Positions 30,860 through 40,036 of a DNA stretch of 64,000 nucleotides are shown in pieces. The stretch covers positions 9,132-73,131 of IMG/VR virus record IMGVR_UViG_3300027969_000082; one strand, given 5' to 3'. Numbering within the stretch: position 1 is the stretch's first letter; each line of letters begins with the position of its first letter. Under the pieces are notes generated by a model. The model had not been told where the DNA came from. It saw only the letters and a program-made list of their open reading frames with translations, and did not search any database. This DNA is from a virus. The position numbers and the translations under genes are program-made.

Positions 30860-31507
30860 ATGGCAATAGGAATTAATTCAAGAGTAGATTTATCCGCAGC
30901 AACCAACACAACGATTGCAACTACTCCTGCATCTGGAAAAGCACAAATATTAACTGTATCACTAGCTAATCGAACAGGAACTGCTGGAACGTTTAACCTA
31001 GCTATTGTTAATAACGGTACAACTACGCCAGCAGCCGGAGACTATATAGAAATATCTACTCCTATCGCAGCGTATACTGTATTTGAAAAAACAGGCATTG
31101 TACTACAAAACGGACAAACTATTGTAGCTTATTCTAGCATTGCCAGTGTATCTGCTGTTACATACGGTATAGAAGATAACGTGGCTAACTCAAACACTGG
31201 TTCTTTTAAAGCTGCTCTTCCAGCAGCGACTTGGGTACAGGCAACTGCTGGCCCTGCCGCTGGCCGTTATCAAACAGTTAGTTTGAATATTTGTAATCGT
31301 AACAGTGCATTGACATTGATTAGAGTCTGTATTTCTACAACATACAATTCACCAAGTGCAAGCGACTACATCGAGTATGACTCGATATTAGCAGCAGGCG
31401 CAGTATTAGAAAGAACTGGTATTGTCATCGGTAACGGTCAACAAATTGGCGTATATTCAAGCGTAGCAACTGTTGACCTAGTTACTATGATTGTTGACGA
31501 CGCATAA
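30860..31507 (+). CDS. Virion structural protein, two tandem copies of the 29532-type domain
   Basis: VSLANR...DYIE...EKTGIVL and LNICNR...DYIEYD...ERTGIVI halves. Confidence 0.65.
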   Translation: MAIGINSRVDLSAATNTTIATTPASGKAQILTVSLANRTGTAGTFNLAIVNNGTTTPAAGDYIEISTPIAAYTVFEKTGIVLQNGQTIVAYSSIASVSAVTYGIEDNVANSNTGSFKAALPAATWVQATAGPAAGRYQTVSLNICNRNSALTLIRVCISTTYNSPSASDYIEYDSILAAGAVLERTGIVIGNGQQIGVYSSVATVDLVTMIVDDA

Positions 31508-31512
31508 TATAT

Positions 31513-31520
31513 GATAAATA
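31513..31520 (+). promoter_or_regulatory. Late promoter-like element (GATAAATA)
   Basis: Directly upstream of the AAGGA SD of the Cys/Gly-rich cassette. Confidence 0.55.
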
Positions 31521-31539
31521 CAAACAAGGAAACAAAATA

Positions 31540-32283
31540 ATGTCAGGCGTTAAACTAATTTATGATAATACATGCACTAGCACCAGTAATACTAGCTGCT
31601 CATGGACTGTGCCAGCCGGTGTATTTCGTGTAACATTCGAATTATGGGGTGGCGGCGGCGGCGGTGGTGTTCCGGGAACTAACTGCAATTGCTGTAGTAC
31701 TGGAGGCGCAGGCAGCGGTGGCGGCTACTCTAAACTAACTGTTAACACTACCCCTGGAGATGTTTATACAGCAGTAGCAGGATCAGCTGGCGTCAGCGGC
31801 GGATTTGGAGCTCCACTATCACTGTGTGCTAACGGCATTACTGGCGGAACTAGTTATGTTACCGGAACTAACGTTGGCGCTACTTTCTGTGCTACAGGCG
31901 GTCTTGGCGGCCTAAGTGATTTTGCCACTAATTGCTATTCAATTTGTGGATGTAACTGGTATAGTAGAACACCGGGACAAGGTTATGGTGGCGACACAGT
32001 AGCTCAAGGTACATGGGGAATTCATTCATTATGGGGCGGCCAAGAACCTTGGGGCGCCCAACACTTTGGCGGAAGCGCAGGCGGCCCAGGCGGCGGCCCA
32101 GGCGGATTTAATATGTCAGCCGGGTATTGTAGCGGACTTGCTTGCTCAGTAACAGGTGAAGGCCCACTTCATGGTCGTATACCTGGCGGCGGTGGGGCAG
32201 GTGGATCATGCTGGCAGCTCTGCTGCTGCTGCCCATGGGCTAGCGGGCGTGGCGCACCTGGCATGGTTAAAATTACTTATTAA
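31540..32283 (+). CDS. Cys/Gly-rich adhesin-like protein 1 (glycine-rich tail-tip domain)
   Basis: WTVPAGVFRVTFELWGGGGGGG...GAPGMVKITY; about 17 Cys including CCCC. Confidence 0.65.
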   Translation: MSGVKLIYDNTCTSTSNTSCSWTVPAGVFRVTFELWGGGGGGGVPGTNCNCCSTGGAGSGGGYSKLTVNTTPGDVYTAVAGSAGVSGGFGAPLSLCANGITGGTSYVTGTNVGATFCATGGLGGLSDFATNCYSICGCNWYSRTPGQGYGGDTVAQGTWGIHSLWGGQEPWGAQHFGGSAGGPGGGPGGFNMSAGYCSGLACSVTGEGPLHGRIPGGGGAGGSCWQLCCCCPWASGRGAPGMVKITY

Positions 32284-32294
32284 TTGAGGATATC

Positions 32295-32795
32295 ATGAAT
32301 ACACATAAAATATTAATAAGTAACGATACAGGAAAAATTATTTTACCTATCCATACTATAGACGACCCAAGACCATGTCCTCCAGATGCTACATGGATAG
32401 AAGTAGATCCAGATACTAGTATATACAAACATTATGTAAATCTTGAAGATGTTCACCATCTAGACATCGAAGCAACATATTGGGATTTTGAAACAGGCTT
32501 GTGGGTAGAAGTACCTACAAGTGCGCTACCAACATTTGAAAAAACAAGATTTAACAGAAACGAGTTACTAAAACACAGTGATAAAGTTTTTGCAACAGTA
32601 ACAGATCCTGTAGAAAGACAGCAATGGATTACTTACAGGCAGCAATTAAGAACTATGTTTGACGGTCTTCCTGCGGATTTTGACTGGAATGAAATTATCT
32701 TTCCAAGAATGCCATCAGATATCAAAGCATTAAAAGACAAAGCTGCCGCAGGCGACGCTGTTGCAATCGAAATAGTTACAAGGGATAATTTATAA
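32295..32795 (+). CDS. Tail fibre assembly chaperone-like protein 1
   Basis: RNELLKHSD...WITYRQQLR...FP motif typical of phage tail assembly chaperones. Confidence 0.6.
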   Translation: MNTHKILISNDTGKIILPIHTIDDPRPCPPDATWIEVDPDTSIYKHYVNLEDVHHLDIEATYWDFETGLWVEVPTSALPTFEKTRFNRNELLKHSDKVFATVTDPVERQQWITYRQQLRTMFDGLPADFDWNEIIFPRMPSDIKALKDKAAAGDAVAIEIVTRDNL

Positions 32796-33493
32796 TGGGA
32801 CGATTTATTAGTGCAACAGTCGGGTATACTCCTTCTCAACGAAGAACTCTTCAAGTATTTGCTAATGCTTCAAGTTTTTGTTGTTTATGGACTGTCCCAT
32901 CAGGTGTTACGTCAGTAACATTTGAAATATGGGGTGGCGGTGGCGCTGGCGGCCCGAAATGCTGCTGTTATTGCGCGGCTTCAGCCGGCGGAAGCGCAGG
33001 AGGATACGCAATTAAGACTGTAACAACTTCTGCAGGACAACAATATACTATATGCGCAGGTGGCCCAGGAGAAGCCCGTTACTGTTCAGTTGGCGGATCA
33101 AACATCGGTTGTCAAGGCTGTACAAGTTTTGTAACAGGAACAGGATTAAGCAACTTCTGTGCAACTGGAGGTGCTGGCGGGTATTCAGTTTGTTGTATTC
33201 AAATGACACAATGTTGTGGAGGCAACGGCTACGGCGGTGATTTTAATATCCCCGGTGGAGATGGCTGGCAAAAAGGCGGATGCAGTACTTGGATATGCCA
33301 TTACAGTGCAGGCGGCGCAGCAGCATTTGGAGGACACTCATGGCATGCTATGCACCACTGCTGTCCTTATGCTAGTTGCGGTTGGTGCGGATTATTCCCC
33401 GGTGGTGGCGGCACAGGATTATTTTCTTGTTGTTGCGAATGCTGTTTCTGCCAAGGCGGAGGCGCACCAGGTTTAGTAAAGGTGACTTATTAA
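32795..33493 (+). CDS. Cys/Gly-rich adhesin-like protein 2
   Basis: WTVPSGVTSVTFEIWGGGG...GAPGLVKVTY; about 27 Cys. Confidence 0.65.
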   Translation: MGRFISATVGYTPSQRRTLQVFANASSFCCLWTVPSGVTSVTFEIWGGGGAGGPKCCCYCAASAGGSAGGYAIKTVTTSAGQQYTICAGGPGEARYCSVGGSNIGCQGCTSFVTGTGLSNFCATGGAGGYSVCCIQMTQCCGGNGYGGDFNIPGGDGWQKGGCSTWICHYSAGGAAAFGGHSWHAMHHCCPYASCGWCGLFPGGGGTGLFSCCCECCFCQGGGAPGLVKVTY

Positions 33494-33494
33494 T

Positions 33495-33941
33495 ATGTAC
33501 TATTCAATTGTAGAAAAAGCAACAGGCATAATGCATGAAGGTTGGTCAAACTATATTCATGTTGATGAATCAGATAGACCATTACATCAATCTCTAGCAT
33601 ATGTGCCATTAAATGATTTATTAACAAAATTGTTAACAACAGACGGTAGTGATTTAGGCGATGAACTACACCCAGTAGATTATAGACGAACACATTATGA
33701 CTTTAACACAGAGCAATGGGTAATCATTTATCAAGACGATGTTCCTGTACCTGCGGATCCTGTAACTGTTGCACAAGACTTAAAAAATCAACACATAGCA
33801 GCAGTTAATATTAAATTGACTATACCAGATTTAAGCACTTCTGCTAGAACCAAATTAGAAGCTCATTTGGCAGCACTTACTGCGATTGAAGTAACTGCTG
33901 AAACAGCTAAAGATATTCAATGGCCGGTATCACCGTTTTAA
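33495..33941 (+). CDS. Tail fibre assembly chaperone-like protein 2 (divergent)
   Basis: Same position in the pair; YDFNTEQWV and C-terminal IQWPVSP. Confidence 0.45.
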   Translation: MYYSIVEKATGIMHEGWSNYIHVDESDRPLHQSLAYVPLNDLLTKLLTTDGSDLGDELHPVDYRRTHYDFNTEQWVIIYQDDVPVPADPVTVAQDLKNQHIAAVNIKLTIPDLSTSARTKLEAHLAALTAIEVTAETAKDIQWPVSPF

Positions 33942-33953
33942 AAGAGAAAAAAT

Positions 33954-34658
33954 ATGGCAAGATATTATACTGTAGCAACATCAGCAACACTAACCTGTAG
34001 TGCTGTATGTGATTTTCAAAATCCGGGCGCTTATACATGGACAGTTCCATCGGGAGTAACTGAAGTTACTTTTGAAATTTGGGGAGCCGGCGGTGGCGGT
34101 GGCGCCAAGTGCTGTTGCGAATGTTATCACGGCGGCCCCGGCGGTGCTGGTGGCGGATATTCATCAGTAAGCGTTACTACTGCTGTAGGCTGTGCTTATG
34201 CGGTATGCGTTGGCTACGGAGGCATGGTCCCAACTGTTGGAAGCTGCGCACTTCACTGGTGCTGTTATGGGCAACCCGGATCAACCACATATATTACTGG
34301 ATTTAATTTAAGTAATTTCTGTGCAACCGGCGGCGATGGCGGCCATAACACATGCTATTATATTTGCGGATGCCGCAATGACCCGGGCACCGGCTATGGC
34401 GGCAACGTAGTTGCATGTGGTGCTGGCGGGGCAATCCAGGGGTATAGCGATGCATATTTCTGGAGAATGAATCACAGTGGTAGCGCACCATTTACCGGCG
34501 GCTCAAGACCGCACTCAGGAGACCATTGCTGCCCTTGTATGTTAGGTTATCCTGGCGTATTTCCAGGTGGTGGTGGCGCAACCGTTATGCCTAATATCTG
34601 TTGCTGCTGCTCACAAGCCGGCGCTGGCGCAAACGGCCTTGTTAGAATTCACTATTAA
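33954..34658 (+). CDS. Cys/Gly-rich adhesin-like protein 3
   Basis: WTVPSGVTEVTFEIWGAGGGGG...GANGLVRIHY; about 23 Cys. Confidence 0.65.
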   Translation: MARYYTVATSATLTCSAVCDFQNPGAYTWTVPSGVTEVTFEIWGAGGGGGAKCCCECYHGGPGGAGGGYSSVSVTTAVGCAYAVCVGYGGMVPTVGSCALHWCCYGQPGSTTYITGFNLSNFCATGGDGGHNTCYYICGCRNDPGTGYGGNVVACGAGGAIQGYSDAYFWRMNHSGSAPFTGGSRPHSGDHCCPCMLGYPGVFPGGGGATVMPNICCCCSQAGAGANGLVRIHY

Positions 34659-34671
34659 AAGGTAAACTATA

Positions 34672-35160
34672 ATGACACAATACGCTTTATTTTTTAACAC
34701 ACAAACAAATAAACCTCACTCTGCGGTAATTTATAGAGATGAACAAATTCCACCGCAAGAAGTTTGGCCACCTAATACTGATCTGTTTGTCTTCGATGAA
34801 ACTACTCCAAATTTTAATAAGTTATATGGAATATTTGTCGATGACAAAGAAAAAGTATATCTAGATTATGATGCGTTTAATACAGTACGAGACCCTGTTA
34901 CTGGAGAATTTACGTTTCCTTTAATGGAAAAAATGTCTAATATTGAACAAATTAGATGGGAACGTAATAAAAAGATGGAAGAAAGCGATGCGTTTATTTA
35001 CGCTCCGGATCTTCCAGAAAGTATCATGCAAGAGTTGCTGGCATATAGGCAAGCATTGAGAGATATTACCAATGGTATTGATCCAGAAACTCCGACTTAT
35101 GAACTTAACTGGCCAGTTCTTCCTGAACCATTTAGGCCCGCACCACGGATGGATATTTAA
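34672..35160 (+). CDS. Tail fibre assembly chaperone-like protein 3
   Basis: IRWERNKKMEESD...YRQALRDIT...WPVLP motif. Confidence 0.65.
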   Translation: MTQYALFFNTQTNKPHSAVIYRDEQIPPQEVWPPNTDLFVFDETTPNFNKLYGIFVDDKEKVYLDYDAFNTVRDPVTGEFTFPLMEKMSNIEQIRWERNKKMEESDAFIYAPDLPESIMQELLAYRQALRDITNGIDPETPTYELNWPVLPEPFRPAPRMDI

Positions 35161-35711
35161 GTTTTATCAACAATTGCGTGAGCAAACTCAAAAAAGGTAG
35201 TATAACGGGTCCAATTGGACCCGTTACCTATTTTAACAGGCATGGCTTTGACAGACGATGCAGCTAATAAATCTTTATCAAACGAACTAACAACAGGAAT
35301 ACTACTCCAATTGATTGATTGATTTTCAGTCGCCTTATGAAACATGCCTGGGTTAGGAACAACATATGGGTCGTCTTTGGTAATAGATGGGCACCAATAA
35401 ATTCCAACTACTTTAACGCCTTGTGAATTTACAAATCTCTCAACAGCACCGTTTAGATTATTAAATGTTTCATAAGGTAATTGTCTTGATTTAAATTGAT
35501 TAATGAACAGAATTGCTGAATAATTTTGTTCAGCTAGTAATTTTAATCCGGCCATTGCAGACTCTAAAAAATCAATCTTTCCAGAGTGAACATCTGTTGT
35601 ATTAGGATCTACTAGTGCATTAAATGGAAACAATCCAATTATTTTAGATGGCGTAACAGTGGTATTGATACTTGTAGTTGGTGAGGTTAATATATGTCTA
35701 AAACGACTCAT
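35157..35711 (-). CDS. GmhB-like HAD-fold protein lacking catalytic motifs
   Basis: FINQ, IYWCP, PNPGMF and DLLAA align with GmhB/HisB-N, but DxD is replaced by FPF, RKP by VVP and GD by SS. Confidence 0.6.
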   Translation of the reverse strand: MSRFRHILTSPTTSINTTVTPSKIIGLFPFNALVDPNTTDVHSGKIDFLESAMAGLKLLAEQNYSAILFINQFKSRQLPYETFNNLNGAVERFVNSQGVKVVGIYWCPSITKDDPYVVPNPGMFHKATENQSINWSSIPVVSSFDKDLLAASSVKAMPVKIGNGSNWTRYTTFFEFAHAIVDKT

Positions 35712-35816
35712 GATAGTTTCCTTTTATTTAATTATGCCTGCAAACCAAGACCGGGCTCATGATGTGATACACCTCGATAAGTAATGTACAGTTTTTAATA
35801 ACTCATTAGGGACATT

Positions 35817-36746
35817 ATGCAAAAAACAGTTTTTATTAATGGTGGAGCAGGCAGAATGATATGTGCGCTGCCAGCACTTGAAAGATTTATCCAAGAAAAT
35901 CCAGATGGCTATATTATAACAGAAGCAGGATTAGATTTTGTGTGGGGCAATCGTATATTGCAAGATCGATCAATTGAAATTAATACTAAGGGACTTTTTG
36001 AAAATATTATACGAAAAAGTATAATTATTGCACCAGAACCGTATAGAGATTTTGATTATTATAATCAAAATCTAAGTATAGCACAAACATTTGATAAACT
36101 TATTAATGGAAATGTTAGAGAAGGGTTCGATTATCGTCCAAACATCATTCTTAATAAAGAAGAAGAATTAAATGGCGTATCAGTAATAAAACATGCTAAG
36201 GACGAACATAAAAAAGAAAAAACTATTGTCATTCAACCGTTTGGTCGTAGTTCAACAAATGACGATAATGTGGGAGTTGTTGTGGACTTTAGCACCCGAA
36301 GTTTGGAAATGAAAACGTATATGGCTATTGCAAAAGCACTTAGAGAACAGTATAATGTTATCAGCATGACAGAATTTGCAATACCTGGGGACGACATTAG
36401 TATCAACCCTAAGCAACTAACTTTGCGTAAATGGGCGTCAATTATTGACCATGCAGATTATTTCATTGGTTGTGATAGTGTAGGACAACATCTTGCATAT
36501 AGTATGCAAAAACCTGGTAGTGTAATACTAGGAAGTACATTTGCTGTTAATGTAAGCTATCCTAATTATTTTAACATTATTGAAAAACAAGGCGTAGAAA
36601 AACGATACAGCCCAATTAGGATTTCAGAATTTGGGTGCTATGAAGCAGACAGAATAAACGACATGTTGTTAGAATTTAACGACGAAGAAACAGAGCAAGT
36701 CATAAAAAATATTATGACACACATTAAAAAAACAATTGGAGAATAA
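35817..36746 (+). CDS. GT9-like (heptosyltransferase-type) glycosyltransferase
   Basis: GGAGRMICALP N-terminus, IVIQPFG and ADYFIGCDSVGQHLA. Confidence 0.7.
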   Translation: MQKTVFINGGAGRMICALPALERFIQENPDGYIITEAGLDFVWGNRILQDRSIEINTKGLFENIIRKSIIIAPEPYRDFDYYNQNLSIAQTFDKLINGNVREGFDYRPNIILNKEEELNGVSVIKHAKDEHKKEKTIVIQPFGRSSTNDDNVGVVVDFSTRSLEMKTYMAIAKALREQYNVISMTEFAIPGDDISINPKQLTLRKWASIIDHADYFIGCDSVGQHLAYSMQKPGSVILGSTFAVNVSYPNYFNIIEKQGVEKRYSPIRISEFGCYEADRINDMLLEFNDEETEQVIKNIMTHIKKTIGE

Positions 36747-36748
36747 GA

Positions 36749-38530
36749 ATGACACAATGGATTGCAGGTATTACTCGAGGTCACAACGCAGCAACCTGTT
36801 TGCTTAAAGACGGCGAACTAATCTTCTATATTGAAGAGGAGCGACTAAGCCGTAGAAAATACGATGGTGGTCCATTAGCAGGTATGTTAAAAATTAAAGA
36901 ATACACTGATAAAATTGACTATCTTGTAGTTGCCCATACGCAACCTCTTAAAGATGCCGGCAAGATTGATTTTAGCGGTGATGACATGTATTCTGGTTTA
37001 GCCAGGAAACTAGGTCTTATTGAACAAAATTTTAAAGGTCCAGATCATCCACAAGTAATTGACCTTGGAATGATACACCACGAGTTACATGCGGCCTGCG
37101 CATTTTATAATAGTGGATTTGAAACCGCCGCCTGTTTAATTGTTGACGGTGCTGGTACTTTTGTACCACTAGGAGAAACTATTGGTTGGGAATTAGAAAC
37201 AATTTTTAGTGCAAATTATCCAGCAAACTTTGCCACTAAGTATAAACATATAGGTCTGCGTGGCCCACAGGTAAGTTACGAAAAATTAAATTGCCCGCAT
37301 GAAAACAGAGGTAAACCAGAAGATATACATGATGTAATGTTCACTGATCATCCTGGAATTACCAAATGTTACGAAGCAATGACTAACTATTGTGGTTTCA
37401 ATTTTATTGAAGCTGGCAAAGCTATGGGTCTTGCACCATACGGTAAACCTAATGCAATGATTCCTCCTATCTTTCTTGGTCCTGAAGGTAGACATTTAAG
37501 TAATAGGAACTTATTTGTTCCTAACTATCCAAATGGAGCACTTATTGATAAAACTAGTAATCCAATATTAGATAATGATAGTTTAGAAATGAAGCAGGAT
37601 CTTGCATATGCTGTACAAGAAGCTACGCAAATGCAAATGGTTCGTTTAATTCTTGATGCAATTGAAAGAACAGGTGAAAAGAATATTGTAATAGCAGGGG
37701 GCTACGGTCTAAATTGTGTTGCTAATTACGAGTATTTAAAACACTTGCCTGAAGGTGTAAACTTGTACGTTGAACCAATCAGCCATGATGGCGGTACCTG
37801 TATTGGTGCTGCAAAAATGATACATCATGATTTAAACACAGATAATACTGTTAGAAAACAAACTAGCATTTATTACGGTCCTAACTATTTTGAAAAAAAT
37901 GGCGGCTACGATATCAAACTAGCTGAATACGAAACTATTGAAGATGTTACTAAAGAAGATATTGTAGACTTATTGTTACAAGAAAAAATTGTATGTATGT
38001 ACCAAGGCCGTAGTGAAGCTGGTCCACGTGCATTAGGTAATCGAAGTATTTTGTTTAATCCTGCCGTTAAAAATGGTAAAGATATTGTAAATGGTGTTAA
38101 GCATCGTGAATGGTTCCGCCCGTTTGCAGGGACTATTTTAAAAGAAGCGGTACACGAGTGGTTTGATCTACGAGGTATGGATGCAACTCCTCACATGATG
38201 TATGCTGTAGATTGTCAGCCAGGTGTTGTTGATAAGATCCCCAGCATCATTCACGTTGATGGTACATGCCGTATTCAGTCAGTGACTAGTGAAGAAAATT
38301 CACACTATTATGATTTAATTAGTAAATTTAATGATAAAACAGGAATACCTATCCTATTCAATACTAGCTTTAACTTGGGCGGTGAGCCACTAGTCGAAAC
38401 AATTGAAGATGCATTACGTACATTAAGATTAAGTGATTTGGAATATTTGTATTTGCCAGAGATTGGTAAACTAGTACATGTGCCTTATAATTTAAGTGAG
38501 GAGGAAGAAGATGGATGTGGTATGGTTTGA
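36749..38530 (+). CDS. Carbamoyltransferase, NodU/CmcH family
   Basis: EEERLSRRK, HHELHAACAF, DGAG, GKAMGLAPYG, AGGYGLNCVAN, EAGPRALGNRS, REWFRPFA, HVDGTCRIQ, NTSFNLGGEP. Confidence 0.95.
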   Translation: MTQWIAGITRGHNAATCLLKDGELIFYIEEERLSRRKYDGGPLAGMLKIKEYTDKIDYLVVAHTQPLKDAGKIDFSGDDMYSGLARKLGLIEQNFKGPDHPQVIDLGMIHHELHAACAFYNSGFETAACLIVDGAGTFVPLGETIGWELETIFSANYPANFATKYKHIGLRGPQVSYEKLNCPHENRGKPEDIHDVMFTDHPGITKCYEAMTNYCGFNFIEAGKAMGLAPYGKPNAMIPPIFLGPEGRHLSNRNLFVPNYPNGALIDKTSNPILDNDSLEMKQDLAYAVQEATQMQMVRLILDAIERTGEKNIVIAGGYGLNCVANYEYLKHLPEGVNLYVEPISHDGGTCIGAAKMIHHDLNTDNTVRKQTSIYYGPNYFEKNGGYDIKLAEYETIEDVTKEDIVDLLLQEKIVCMYQGRSEAGPRALGNRSILFNPAVKNGKDIVNGVKHREWFRPFAGTILKEAVHEWFDLRGMDATPHMMYAVDCQPGVVDKIPSIIHVDGTCRIQSVTSEENSHYYDLISKFNDKTGIPILFNTSFNLGGEPLVETIEDALRTLRLSDLEYLYLPEIGKLVHVPYNLSEEEEDGCGMV

Positions 38531-39242
38531 GGGAGCAAAGCCCCTAACAAAATTTGCACCAGCATTTAAAGTTCCTATTGGGATTGGATTTGCCGGTTCA
38601 TCTAGTTTGATTGATAGATTAAAAACATATATTTTTAAAATTGAAAAAGATATCATTGTCAACGAAGAACTAGTATCAACAGTTCCAAAGTCTAAAGAAG
38701 ATCCTTATCGGCATACGCAACAATGGAAACAACATAATCTTCTTGATGACGTTGCTGGTTTAGGGGGCGAGCACTTAGAAAGGTTTCCGTCGGATCCAGT
38801 AATAGAAGAATTGTTTACACTAGTAAGGACTAATTATTTAGAATTTCTTGCTAAACTAAACTATCCTAGAAAAAAAGTCTATATTCACGGGTGGGCCAAC
38901 GTATTAAGAGATACAGAATGGATTAGCAAACATCGGCATATAACTACTGAAGAATCATATCTTGCCTGTACATATTACCTAACCACAAACAATACTGCTT
39001 TGTTTTTTGAAAATCCATTAATTGGTGATACTACTGGTACTCCAACTGAAGAAAAGAAAATAGTATTTTTTCCTAGCTGGATTCCACACTGGAGTGATGC
39101 TGTAACTGACAATAGTATTAGAATTTCTCTAGCATTTGATATAGTAACTGAGAGTTGTACTATACGTAATCCGTGGAGACCTCATAGACTTTTAGACGAC
39201 CCGGACACTATGCCAGGATTAGAAGGTTTAAGAATCAAGTAA
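38511..39242 (+). CDS. Putative 2OG-Fe(II) oxygenase
   Basis: WANV...HRH...YY...FFPSWIPHW...RISLAFD. Start placed at ATG 38511 after GAGGAGG. Confidence 0.7.
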   Translation: MDVVWFEGAKPLTKFAPAFKVPIGIGFAGSSSLIDRLKTYIFKIEKDIIVNEELVSTVPKSKEDPYRHTQQWKQHNLLDDVAGLGGEHLERFPSDPVIEELFTLVRTNYLEFLAKLNYPRKKVYIHGWANVLRDTEWISKHRHITTEESYLACTYYLTTNNTALFFENPLIGDTTGTPTEEKKIVFFPSWIPHWSDAVTDNSIRISLAFDIVTESCTIRNPWRPHRLLDDPDTMPGLEGLRIK

Positions 39243-40036
39243 TGAACACTGTATGGATAATTGGAGATAGTTTTTCCTATGTAAATCCTCACGATCATAG
39301 CGATAAAATATGGACTACACAGATAGCAAACAGATTAGATTACACGTTGTATAATGAAAGTTTGCCTGGCACATCTCAAGACTGGGCATGGCGTCTAATA
39401 GCAAATTATCAAGATCGAATCACATCGGATGATCAGTTAATAATAACACTAACGCATCCTTCAAGATTTTGGTTTTTTGAAGATCGTCCTGATGCTGCAA
39501 ATCATGATATACTAGATTTTGATAAAATAATTAATGACGATGAAAAAGTTAAGGCTGCTAGGTATTTTATACAACATATACAAAGACCTGAATTAGACAT
39601 ACAACTAACAGATCATCGCATGGGTTGGCTCAGCTATCTTGTTGAAAAATATAAATGGAGGAAACCTATAATTTTATTAGGATTCCCTCAACTAATATAC
39701 CAAGATCTGTATCCTAACTTAATTTTCTCTAACGGAGCCTTGCTCCATATTAGCAAAAATGAATATTTAGGTAATATTGAACACAGAGGCAGAGATTGTA
39801 GGTACAATCATATGTGTTTAAGCAATCATACAATACTAGTAGATAAACTTGTAAATACACTTAAGACTGGCGCCGACTTGGATTTAACTAACGGATTCAA
39901 CGAAAAAATTTATAGAAAAGAGTTGTTAGACAATGCAGATTTATCTAAAGATGAACTTAGCATTATTCAACTTAGAGAATTTCAATCTATGAGCAAGGCA
40001 GAAGAAAGTTGGTTAACTAGATTTAAATCAAAGTAA
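39242..40036 (+). CDS. Hypothetical protein, SGNH/GDSL-like
   Basis: IIGDSFS at the N-terminus, NESLPGTS, and NHM near the C-terminal region. Confidence 0.45.
   Translation: MNTVWIIGDSFSYVNPHDHSDKIWTTQIANRLDYTLYNESLPGTSQDWAWRLIANYQDRITSDDQLIITLTHPSRFWFFEDRPDAANHDILDFDKIINDDEKVKAARYFIQHIQRPELDIQLTDHRMGWLSYLVEKYKWRKPIILLGFPQLIYQDLYPNLIFSNGALLHISKNEYLGNIEHRGRDCRYNHMCLSNHTILVDKLVNTLKTGADLDLTNGFNEKIYRKELLDNADLSKDELSIIQLREFQSMSKAEESWLTRFKSK

Noticed and set aside
31540-34658. Possible diversity-generating retroelement or invertible shufflon among the three adhesin paralogues
   Set aside because: No reverse transcriptase or recombinase in the window, no near-identical TR/VR pair with adenine-specific differences, and no flanking inverted repeats seen; the paralogues differ throughout.
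31540-34658. Cys-rich proteins as RiPP precursors
   Set aside because: They are >230 aa with a glycine-rich tail-adhesin scaffold and paired tail chaperones; no leader/core layout and no radical SAM, YcaO or LanM gene nearby.
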